From NCBI RefSeq assembly GCF_009914755.1, contig NC_060940.1: DNA of 64,000 nt; one strand, 5' to 3'. The notes below the pieces were generated by a model that searched no databases, was not told the DNA's origin, and saw only the letters and a program-made list of their open reading frames with translations. Positions 44,153 to 64,000 of this stretch are shown here, one piece after another. A program made the position numbers and the translations under genes. Position 1 is the stretch's first letter; the number at the start of each line of letters is the position of its first letter. The DNA is from the human T2T-CHM13v2.0 reference genome, Homo sapiens.

Positions 44153-45032
44153 TAGTAGAAACAGGGTTTCACCATATTAGCCAGGATGGTCTCGATCTCC
44201 TGATCTCGTGATCCGCCTGCGTCAGCCTCCCAAAGTGCTGGGATTACAGGCGTGAGCCACCGCACCTGGCCTGCGCTTGGGTATTATTAAACTTTAGAAG
44301 TAGATTCAAAATGTCTACTATTCAACTGAGTTTGCATTTAACCTTCCTATCAAAACAGTGCTAGTCTTTCTTGCAACCTCTTTTTAAATTTAATACGATG
44401 ATTGCCTGACAATGGGAAAAGGGTCCTGGCTAATTAATTAATGTTATAATACATGGCCATTAAATGATGTTTCTGGTAACCCCATAATTAACATGTGACA
44501 CTCTTAATAAAATAAGTAAATAAAAATTATGCTGTTACAATTATATTCAGAGTAACTTGTGTTACAAAAATCCTGAACAAAAGTATACATCACTGATTTT
44601 CTATTTTTCAATTCTATTTTTGTATTTTCCATCTTTAAAGAACATGGTTTATATATTTTTTTTAAATAAAATTGTTTGCCATTAGTAAGTTCAAATTCGA
44701 AGGCTAGGATTCCTTTTTGAAGTGCCTGGGAAAAAAATTCAGCTGCAGAGAAAAGGCACCATTTGTTGTACATTCTATAATGAAAACTATTCATTTTGGC
44801 AAATGAAAAACTAAGATAGAAATGAAACTGAATGAATCATTCTAGAAATAGAGAAATATAAGATTATAGAAAAATCATAGATAAAACAGGAAAAATAAGA
44901 GTATAAACAAATTGGAAAAATAGATAAATATAAACAATAGATTTAACAATTTTAATGATTTTAAAAGCATGAGTTAAGAGATTATATATCAAATGAAAGA
45001 ACTGGTTAAATAAGAGCTAAATGCTGATCTGA

Positions 45033-45176
<144 letters not shown>

Positions 45177-46315
45177 TGAGTAGCTGGGACTACAGGCGCG
45201 TGCCACCACACCCAGCTAATTTTTGTATTTTTAGTAGAGACAGGGTTTCACCATGTTGGCCAGGGTGGCCTCGATCCCTTGACCTCATGATCCACCCTCC
45301 ATGGCTTCCCAAAAGTGCTAGGATTACGGGCATGTGCCACCGCATCCGGCCACAATCTTTGTTTAAATTAAACATTTAAGACCGGAAGATTTTTAAAAGA
45401 AAATGTGAAATATGACAATGAGTTAAGAGAAAATAAACTATGATTTTTTTTTTACTACTGCTAATCTATTTGATATGGTACCATCCAGAATTATACTTCA
45501 TAGTGCAAAAATGGAAAATCCTAAACATAGTAGCAATGTTTTATTGACTTTATAGAATATTTCTGATTTATATTTCTTCCTAGGGCCCTTGTTATATCAT
45601 AGATCATAAATGCCTATAATATTTTATGTACAAAGATACCTTTTTGGAAAGGATTTTTTGAAAACATTTAACATGAAAAATAATCTATTGAATTCTTTTC
45701 TTGTTTAGTATCTAATAATCTCTGTGGATCCATGTCTAGTAAACTAAAAGTATTATGGAAATAATGAAGTTCAAACATGTCAAAAGTCATACCTAGTTCA
45801 TCCCAGCTTCTTGTCTTTAGATCCATCTCTTTCTGATTGCTTACCACCTGTTTTTGTGTCCCTTCCTAAACTCTGCTTTCATTATTTTCACTCAATACTG
45901 GAATTCTATTGCTTATTTAAAATAAAAGGATATAAATTCATATTCTAATCCAGTGGTTCTTGGCCTGATTTTAATTTACTCTTGACTCTGATTATTCCAG
46001 GAGTCCCCTAAAATTTCAAAGTGGTAGTACAGAAAAACATTTCCCAGTGTGATTAGTATTATATATAAAAAACAGCCACTTTTTTTTTTTTTTTTTTTTT
46101 GAGATAGAGTTTCGCTCTTGTTGCCCAGGCTGGAGTGCAATGGTGCAATCTCAGCTCACCGCAACTTCACCTCCAGGTTCAAGCGATTTCCCTGCCTCAG
46201 CCTCCCAAGTAGCTGGGATTACAAGGGCGCACCACCACACCTGGCTAATACTGTATTTTTATTAGAGATAGGGTTTCTCCATGTTGGTCAGGTTGGTCTC
46301 GAACTCGTGACCTCA

Positions 46316-46432
<117 letters not shown>

Positions 46433-46821
46433 TTAAGAGTAACAGGTAACTAGAAAAAAATAAAGATTATTCAGTGGCATAGGATATAGACCTTTTAACT
46501 TTAGAGAGGTAAAAGACATTTTTCAATAGAAATGTTGCTTATTAATTTGTATTATTGTCTTTTCTTGCTGTTGCTAAGATTTTATTTCAAGTTACGCAAA
46601 GAAGGTTGCTGTGTCTTCTGTTTGCTTTTGTGTTAATAAAAGTCAAGTTTAAATAAACTAACAGAGTATAAGACCAATGATAATTATGTACTTGAGTGAA
46701 AAGGTAGAGATTTCCTCTATGAGTTAACTACAGATAATGGATCTAGCTTTCAGAATAAATAAACTTGATGTAATAAAGGATATATATATTTAATCATTTG
46801 AACTAAACATTTGTTACATGA

Positions 46822-47197
<376 letters not shown>

Positions 47198-47422
47198 TAA
47201 CATTTATGTGGTAAATAGGTAATGATCATTATTGCTTCCCACCCATGAATGTTTATCACTTCTTTTTCATTCAGGAAACACTGTGATTAGTCTTTTACTG
47301 AATTTGGTATTTAGTTTTGAAGATGAGAGAAGAACAGAAAAGTTTCTAATAGTGAGCTAAGTTGTTGATTATGCTTATTTATTTATTTATTTATTTAGAG
47401 ACGGAGTCTCTCTGTTGCTTAG

Positions 47423-47596
<174 letters not shown>

Positions 47597-47949
47597 TGAA
47601 TTCCTGACCTCAGGTGATCCGCCCGCCTCAGCCTCCCAAAGTGCTGGGATTACAGGTGTGAGCCATTGGGCCTGGCTGATTATGCTTATCTTTATAAAAT
47701 TAGTTTTACAGGAGGCTGAGGTGGGAGGATCATCTGAGCCCAGGACGTCAAGGCTGCATTGAGCCTGCATGATCATGGGATCATGCCACTGCACTCCAGC
47801 CTGGGCAACAGAGCAAGACCCTGTCTTAAAAAATAATAATAATAAAATAAATAAATAAAGCAAGAGAAGAAAAAAATTTAGTTTTAATAAAAAAAACTGT
47901 ACCTGAGGCAATCTTTGTAGGACATGCTAGTCAAAAGAATAAATTCAGT

Positions 47950-48200
47950 GTTAGTAATAATTGAAAACCTTTTTTGAGCAATTTATATGTCAAGCAGTTT
48001 ATGTTTAACACCATTTTACATATATTTTTCACATTTAACTCTTAGAAAAATCCTGCGATGTAGTACCAGTATCCCTATTTCGTAAATGAACAAACTGAGG
48101 TACAGAGGGATCTACTAATTTTCCCAAGGGCACATATCTCGTGGATGAGGCTGGAATTTGAACTTCACCAGTTTTACCCCAGAGCTGTGAGATTATATTG
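47950..48200 (-). mobile_element. MIR
   Basis: atgaacaaactgagg...cccaagggcaca...ggaatttgaac. Confidence 0.65.
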
Positions 48201-49744
48201 ACTGTCTTAACAGTCAGTAAGAACATTTGAGGCCGGGCTCGGTGGCTCACGCCTGTAATCCCAGCACTTTGGGAGGCCGAGGTGGGCGGATCACGAGGTC
48301 AGGAGATCGAGATCATCCTGGCCAACATGGTGAAACCCCGTCTCTACTAAAAAAATACAAAAAAATTAGCTGGGCGTGGTGGGCGGGCACCTGTAGTCCC
48401 CTGAGGCAGGAGAATGGCTTGAACCCGGAAGGTGGAGCTTTCAGGGAGCGGAGATGGCGCCTCTGCACTCCAGCCTGGGCGACAGAGTGAGACTCGGTCT
48501 CAAAAAAAAAAAAAAAAAAAAGAACGTTTGAAATTGGCATTTATACTTTGGGCCCTAATAAGATTACACCATTGTTCAGATGGTATAAAAAGAATAGTTT
48601 GTGTAGGATTCTTTACTAAGCAGCTTCCATAAAGTAATGAGACAAATTTTATAAACTACATACAAAAATTCATAAAGAATATGATTATGACTCTTTTGGG
48701 GAAGATTTTAATACTCAAAATTAGCAAATCATTGCCTGGCTTTGGTGAGTGTCTTTAACATTTAGAGGAAGTGATGGCTGATCAAAACACCTATGTTGGC
48801 CTAGCTCAGTGGCTCACGCCTGTAATCCCAGCACTTTGGGAGGCTGAGGTGGGCGGATCGCTTGAACTCAGGAGTTCGAGATCAGCCTGGGCAACGTAGC
48901 AAAACCCCCTCTCTACCAAAATTAGCCAGGGATGGTGTTACGCACCTGTAGTCCCAGCTACTTGGGAGGCAGGCTGAGGTGAGAGGATCACATGAGCCCA
49001 GGAGGTCAAGAAATACCTCTCTCCTGGCTGATGATGGGACTCAGAAGTGAAAAGTAGGAGAAGGCTAAGCAGAAGCCACCACCTAAGGGGAATTACTTTA
49101 GAAATGAAGGTGCCGTGGGGCTCTTGATTTCTTTGGCAGTAGTTTTATGGAAGCATGGATGCCATTGTTCCCTATTTCTGCTAGTATGTTTCAGAGACAA
49201 AGTAAATTCAAGAAGAGATGAGCAACAGAAGAAATAGTACTAATGTGAGCTATGTGAATAGTGGTATTTTGCATAGAGCCTTTATTAATTTACTTTGGTT
49301 CTTTCTGCTTTGTCTTTTTTAATCTGCCCCTTTCACCCCGTGTATCCGTTTTCTCACGGTAGTCTATACATTTTGTTGTTCTGCTATGGCATCTTGTATC
49401 CTTTCTCTATTTCCCTTCTTCTGAAAACAAACGTCTATAAAGGAGGTTTGCTATTGTAAATTGTAGTTTAGAAGTTAACCCTCCCCCTGTGGTTTAGTCT
49501 CTTCTAATAAGCTATAAGCAACATGGGCCAGAACCTATGTGTAAATTCATCTTGAGTGAATGAATAAATAACACTATTATGGCTAAGTAACCTATACTTG
49601 CACATATACATGAAAAATATATGGTTGGCTATATTATGGAATAATATAGGAATCTATAAAAGAACAAAAAATTTATTACCTTTATACCCAGTTTTAAAAA
49701 TACTGTGTTCCCTTTTAGAAGGTTGTGGTGCTTGAACGACAACA

Positions 49745-49990
49745 AAAAGGTAAAGAGTACGCACTGTATAGACCCATTTATGTGAAGTTCTTTAAAAGAC
49801 AAACCTATGGTAAGAAAAAGCAGATCAGTAGTTGCCTGGGGCTGGAGTGGGCAGGATTAACTACAAAGGACCAAAAGTAGCTTTACGGAATGATTGAAAT
49901 GTTCTCTGTCTTGACCATGTGATTACACAAACATACATACTTTTTAAAAAAACTCATAGAACATTTAAAATGGGTGCATTTCTATACTTC
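49745..49990 (+). mobile_element. L1M 3' UTR fragment
   Basis: cagatcagtagttgcctggggctgg...gaaatgttctctgtcttg. Confidence 0.65.
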
Positions 49991-50221
49991 TATAAAGGAC
50001 ACGGGTTATATATATTCTGCCACTGCACTCCAGCCTGGGCAACAGAAGAAACAGTATTAATGTAAGCTATATGAATAGTGATATTTTGCTATTTTGGGAA
50101 GCTGAGGTGGGAGGATCACTTGAACCCAGGAGGTAGAGGATGCAGTGAGCAGAGATCGTGCCACTGCCCTCCAGCCTGGGTGACAGTGAGACCCTGTGTC
50201 AAAAAAAAATTTTTTTTTTTA

Positions 50222-50467
50222 CCTGTACTGAACATGTACAGACTTCTTTTTCTTGTTGTTATTCCCTAAGTGATGCAGTGTAACAGCTATTTATGTAGCA
50301 CTTACATTGTATTAGGTATAAGTAATCTAGAGATGATTTAAAGTATATAGGAGGATGTGCATAGGTTATATGCAAATACAAAACCATTTTATATTAGGGA
50401 CTTGAGCATCTGGAAATTTTGCGGGAAGTCCTGCAACCCATCTCCAACAGATACCAAGGGACGACTG
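50222..50467 (-). mobile_element. MER2 (TcMar-Tigger) fragment
   Basis: Ends GATACCAAGGGACGACTG-TA; body matches MER2. Confidence 0.85.
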
Positions 50468-51081
50468 TACTCCGATATATAGTTTCTATAGTTAAGCATA
50501 AAGGTGAAAACAGAATATGAGTTTTTGGTCCCTTACAAGTGAGTACTATCTTGTGCTTAACTATGTATCATAAATACTAATTTTGAGTAAAATTCAGATG
50601 TGCCCATAGTCATATATATACTGTATTCTGATAGCTAGTTTGAGATATTAGGCATTAAAATGCTTTTATTAGCAATTCAATAGAACACTTAAAATTTGTT
50701 GGTAGAAGACTGATTACATAACTCAAATTATTTGTTTGAATTAAAGTTTTCATTACAGTCATCTAAGTCAATAAAACTCGTGTTTAAGTGTGTCTTATGA
50801 CAGTGACCATAAGCCAAACACAGACTTAAGCCAACAAATAGCTATCCTTTACAATGGAGTTGTGAATTTGTTAATGTTTTTCTTTTCTCCAGTTTATAAG
50901 TAGCAACTTGTTGGATTGTCATTCTGAAACACTGAAACAAAGATTTTACTTGAAAAAAAATACTATGGTAAAATGGAATGAATAATAAATTAATTTTCCC
51001 AAATGTCAATATTCAACTTATAAACACCTTGATAATTGACATTTGTAAGAACTTTAGAAACACTATAAAAGTTGCATCTGA

Positions 51082-51390
<309 letters not shown>

Positions 51391-51994
51391 TAATAAAATT
51401 ATATTGTGAACTCCAAGACATTTTTCTGTATTCTTTTTTGTGTCTGTTATTAAATTATATTCTCTGGAATATTGGGCTAACGTAGGGTGAATGGATGGGA
51501 AAATAAACACAGATGTAATTTTATAATTATTTTTAAAGAACTTTTCATTTTCTTAGTGAATTTTTGCCTATAATATTGGGTACAGGATGAGAATTTATAT
51601 GTAATATTTGAATTATAGATACTTTGGATAAAATGACTTCTTAATTCCTTAAAAAACTAATTATTGCTTTTTTTTAAAACTAGGTAATTAGGTAGTTGAA
51701 AGACAGAATGTCATTAAGTTAACTAAATTACCACTGTATTACAGTAAATACAAACAACATACTTACAGTGTAAACTATGGTAAATAAAAACTAAAAAAAC
51801 ACTTCCTTGAAAGTATTTTTTAACCAAACTTCACAAGGATGGATAGAATTAACACTATAAATTCTGCACAGAAAAAAAATAGTGCATACTAAATTGAGAA
51901 CAGATGCACAGAAGTGCTATTTTTAGAAATTAAAAAATGGTAAAGATGATAATAGGCAGATCAGAAGTCCCACATATTTATCAGGGTTGTAAAT

Positions 51995-52190
51995 AAAAAC
52001 CCAGTTCAAAAACATGCATTACTAACTGGCTGTGTGATTTTTAGGCAAGTTACTTAACCTTTCTGTGACTGTTTGTTCTTGTAAAATAGGAATAATAGAC
52101 TTATAGAACTGTAACGAGGAATGGATGAGTTAACATTTCTAAAGCATTTGGAATAGTGCTTGACACATAGTAAGTGCTATATGAGTGCTT
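51995..52190 (+). mobile_element. MIR
   Basis: ggcaagttacttaacctttctgtg...cacatagtaagtgct. Confidence 0.7.
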
Positions 52191-52310
52191 CTTAAATAAG
52201 CAAAATAAAAGTATGTACCCAGAGGAAAATTACTTGGCAAACATACTTAGAATGTAGCAAGAAACCAGGATTTTATTAGCATAAGCTTCAGAACAACTCA
52301 AGTGTTGCTA

Positions 52311-52450
52311 AATTTACATTACATTACATATTAATGTAATAACTATTTTAATGTAATATGTATTTTAATATGTAATGTAATTACATATTAAATATGTATA
52401 TAATTACTTTTAATATGTAATGTAATGTAACTACATTACATATTAAAAGT
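52311..52450. repeat. AT-rich (TACAT/ATGTA) inverted-repeat cluster
   Basis: Perfect 19-bp and 13-bp inverted arms. Confidence 0.85.
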
Positions 52451-52453
52451 TTA

Positions 52454-52630
<177 letters not shown>

Positions 52631-52754
52631 TCAGGAGGCTGAGGAAGGAGAAATGCTTGAACCCAGGAGGTGGAGGTTGTGGTGAGCCAGGCTCTTGCCA
52701 GTGCACTCTAGCCTGGGCGACAAGAGCGAAACTAAAAAAAAAAAAAAAGTTTAG

Positions 52755-53069
<315 letters not shown>

Positions 53070-53481
53070 TAGCCAGGATGGTCTCGATCTCCTGAACTCT
53101 TGATCCGCCCACCTCGGCCTCCCGGAGAGCTGGGATTACAGGCGTGAGCTGCCGCACCCGGCCGAAATCCAAATTCTTAAAACCTGGGTCCTCATTATAT
53201 TTCTTAAAAAAATTGAGAAAAAATTCGGTTAACAAAGTTCATTTTGTTTGTTTGTTTGTTTTGTTTTTGAGACAGGGTCTCACTCTATCACCTAGGCTGG
53301 AATGCAGTGGTGCGATCCTGGCTCACTGCAACCTCCGCCTTCTGGGTTCAAGTGATTCTCATGCCTCACCACATGAGTAGCTGGGACTACAGGAGTGTGC
53401 CACCACGCCAGGCTAATTTTTTGTATTTTTAGTAGAGGTGGGGTTTTGTTATGTTGGCCAGGGTGGTCTCGAACTCCCGAG

Positions 53482-55250
<1,769 letters not shown>

Positions 55251-55869
55251 TATTTTAAAAATTTATTTATAAGTATTCCATTCTTTTTTAATCATTGTTT
55301 TTTAAGTGTTAATAAAATTATGGAAATAATTTGAAGAAAGGTTTGTCAAAATTTAGGAAAGCTCTTATTTATTAAATTTCTGTTTTATTTATTTAAATTT
55401 ATTTATTAAATTTCTGTTTTTAAGGGATGGGGTCTCATTCTGTCACCCTGGCTGCTGGAGTGCAGTGGCATGAGCATGAATCACTGTAGTCTTGAACTCC
55501 TGGGCTAAAGCAATCCTCCTGCCTCAGCCTCCTGAGTAGCTGGGACTACTCAGTGTTTACAGGTGTATAACACCATGCCCAGCTAATTAAAAAAAAAAAA
55601 AAATTGTAGGGATGGATTCTTCTCTGTTGCCCAGGCTGATCTTGAACTCTTGGCCTCAAGTGATCCTCCCATCTCATTCTTCCAAAATGCTGGGAATACA
55701 GGTATGAGCCTCAAGGCCTAGCTGAGCTTTTGTATTTAAACACAAGATTATGCATGTGTTAAGGGAAAGAAACCTAGCATATGATAAAATCTGTAAAATA
55801 TTAGAATCAGTCATAGATGTAAAGCTGCAGTAAACAATAAAGAACATCTAGTGAAGTCCAGTTTTGCTT

Positions 55870-56000
55870 AAATAGTTATACTGGATGGTAAGCTTCTTAA
55901 GGGCATTGACTATACCTTGCATTTTTGTAACACCTGGCACAAATGCTTTGTATTTGAAAGGTTCTTGATATTTATTGAATGAAAGAGTAAATGAATGAAT
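55870..56000 (+). mobile_element. L2 3' tail
   Basis: gtaagcttcttaagggca...tattgaatgaa...tgaatgaat. Confidence 0.55.
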
Positions 56001-56232
56001 CCTACATCCAGAAAAGAAGGAAGGAAGGGTTTTGGAAGTTTGAGGATTGTGCTCTAGTTATATGTAACCTACAAGTAGCAAGTTTCAGTTGGAATAATAA
56101 TAATTGCATTAAAATAACTGCAAATGGGGAACTAGGCCTTTAAAGAGTTGGGGCCAGTTGCGGTGGCTCACACCTGTAATCCTAGCACTTTGGAAGGCTG
56201 AGGTGGGCAGATCACTTGAGGTCAGGAGCTTA

Positions 56233-56560
<328 letters not shown>

Positions 56561-57227
56561 TCATCTGGACTGCAATGCAGTGAGTAGGGTGCAGTGGTGC
56601 CATCTCGGCTCACTGCAGCCTCCGCCTCCCAGGTTCAAATGATTTTCATGCCTCAGCCTCCTGAGCAGCTGGGACTACAGGTGCATGGCACCACACCTGG
56701 CTAATTTTTTGATTTTTTAGTAGAGACAGGGTTTCACCATGTTGGCCAGGCTGGTCTCGAATTCCTGACCTTAAGTAATCCACCTGCCTCGGCCTCCCTC
56801 GGTCTTGCTATATATAGCAAGACACCATCTCTACAAAAAATAAAAAAATTAGCTGGGCATGGTGGCATGTGCCTGTTGTCCCAATTACTCAGGAGCCTCA
56901 GGCGGAGGATCCCCTGAGGCCAGGATGTCGAGGCTGAGTGAGCTATGATTGTACCACTGCACTCCAGTCTGGGTGACAGAGTAAGACCCTGTCTCAAAAA
57001 TAAAATTTATTTTGGTGGTGGATGCACAGCTGTGACTCTGCTGAAAGCCACTGAATTGTGTGCTTTAAGTAGGTAAATTGTATGATATGTGAATTATATC
57101 TCAATAAAATATGTATATATATACATGTATATATATTCACAAATATAAATGTATTGGAAGGGTTTAAACAGATGGCAAGTGCTGTCAAAACAGAGTAGAA
57201 TTTATGTTTTTATTTTTTATTTTTTGA

Positions 57228-57398
<171 letters not shown>

Positions 57399-57569
57399 TA
57401 GTAGAGATGGGGTTTCACCATGTTGGCCAGGATGGTCTTGATCCCCTGACCTCATGATCCACCTGCCTCGGCCTCCCAAAGTGCTGGGATTACTGGTGTG
57501 AGCCACGGCGCCCAGCCCAATTTTTTTTTTTTTAATTGTGTGGGGCTGTCTCTCATAAAAGTAGTTTTC

Positions 57570-58250
57570 TTCATGCATTGCTGGTGGTAATGTAAAATGG
57601 TGCAGCTGTTGTGAAAAACAGGTGGTTCCCCCAAAAAAGTTAAACATAGAATTATATGATCCAGCAATTTCACTTATAGGTATATACCCCCAAGAATTGA
57701 AAGCAGGGACTCAAACAGATACTAATGCACTAATGTTCCTAGCAGCATTATTTACAATAGCCAAAAGAAGATGGAGACAACCCAGGTGTCTTTCAACAGA
57801 TGAATGGATAAATTCCAAAATGTGGTATATAAGTACAAGGGAATATTATTCACCCTTAAGAAGGAATGAAGTTCTGTTACATGCCACAGTATGAATGACC
57901 CTTGAAAACATACGCAAAGTGAAATAAGCCAGACAGAAAAGGACAAATATTGTATGATTCCATTTACATCAGGTAACCAGACACATGAGATACTTAAAAT
58001 AGGCAGAGAAAGAAAGTAGAATATTGTCTAGAAAGTAGAATATTGGTTACCAGGAGCTGGGGGTTGGGGAGGAATGGGAAACTATAGTTAAATGGGTACA
58101 GAGTTTGTTTGGAGTAATGAAAAAGTTCTGGAAATGAATAATGGTAATGGTTGCACAATGTCGTGCATAGATTTAATGCCACTGAATTGTGCACTTAAAA
58201 ATAGTTAAAATGGTAAATTTTATGTATAATTTACTGCAATTAAAAATGCT
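57570..58250 (+). mobile_element. L1MB-like 3' end
   Basis: KKLNIELYDPAISLIGIYP...LFTIAK ORF2p remnant plus L1MB-type 3'UTR. Confidence 0.85.
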
Positions 58251-58606
58251 TTCAAAAAACAAGAAATTTTTAAGAGTAAGATGCACTACTTTTTTTTGTA
58301 AAGTTTGTGAGACATAATTGTGTGGTATGTGGAAAGGAGAATATTTTCATTTTTGCATTTAAAAGAATATAGTGTTTTAGTTGTCTGTCATTTATGGTTT
58401 TCTTCCTTCTGTTTTCAGAGAGTGTGAATTTCTGACTTTCTATGTGGGACCCAAAATCTTTAGCTTTAGATGTAAGTGAGATGACCTAAATACCACTGAC
58501 TATGTTACATCTTTGATAATCAAAAACTAAATTTTGATAAGCCAGACTAGACTACAGATGACTTTGTGAAAAATTCATGAGGCGTAGACATATTAACCTT
58601 GTTTAG

Positions 58607-64000
<5,394 letters not shown>

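Overview
Alu-saturated primate (almost certainly human) genomic DNA containing the 5' end of NFAT5 (TonEBP/OREBP), which I recall lies at chr16q22.1. Bases 1 to about 36,000 are intergenic and repeat-rich. A CpG-island promoter spans about 37.7-39.1 kb and carries the MIR1538 hairpin on the minus strand (38012-38072). NFAT5 coding exon 1 (ATG 38506, donor after 38578) encodes [24 protein letters not shown]. The 54-nt in-frame cassette exon 2 (40705-40758) encodes DSLKLHPSQNFHRAGLLE, and the rest of the window is intron 2. About 75 Alu copies or fragments make up roughly a third of the window. They sit alongside L1, L2, MIR, LTR (MER21, MST, THE1, MLT1) and DNA-transposon relics (MER85, Tigger1, MER2, MER20, MER3, MER33). 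Nearly all ORF-track entries are Alu, L1 or GC-rich artefacts. I cannot support a wholly new biological system. The best leads are regulatory or structural: a promoter-divergent miRNA hairpin, a TG/TA/CA palindromic microsatellite next to the cassette exon, a candidate cryptic or poison exon, an intact MER85 palindrome, motif-dense enhancer candidates, a 42-bp Alu-flanking duplication and a fold-back palindrome at an Alu-Alu junction. Repeat boundaries and subfamilies were judged by eye and are approximate.
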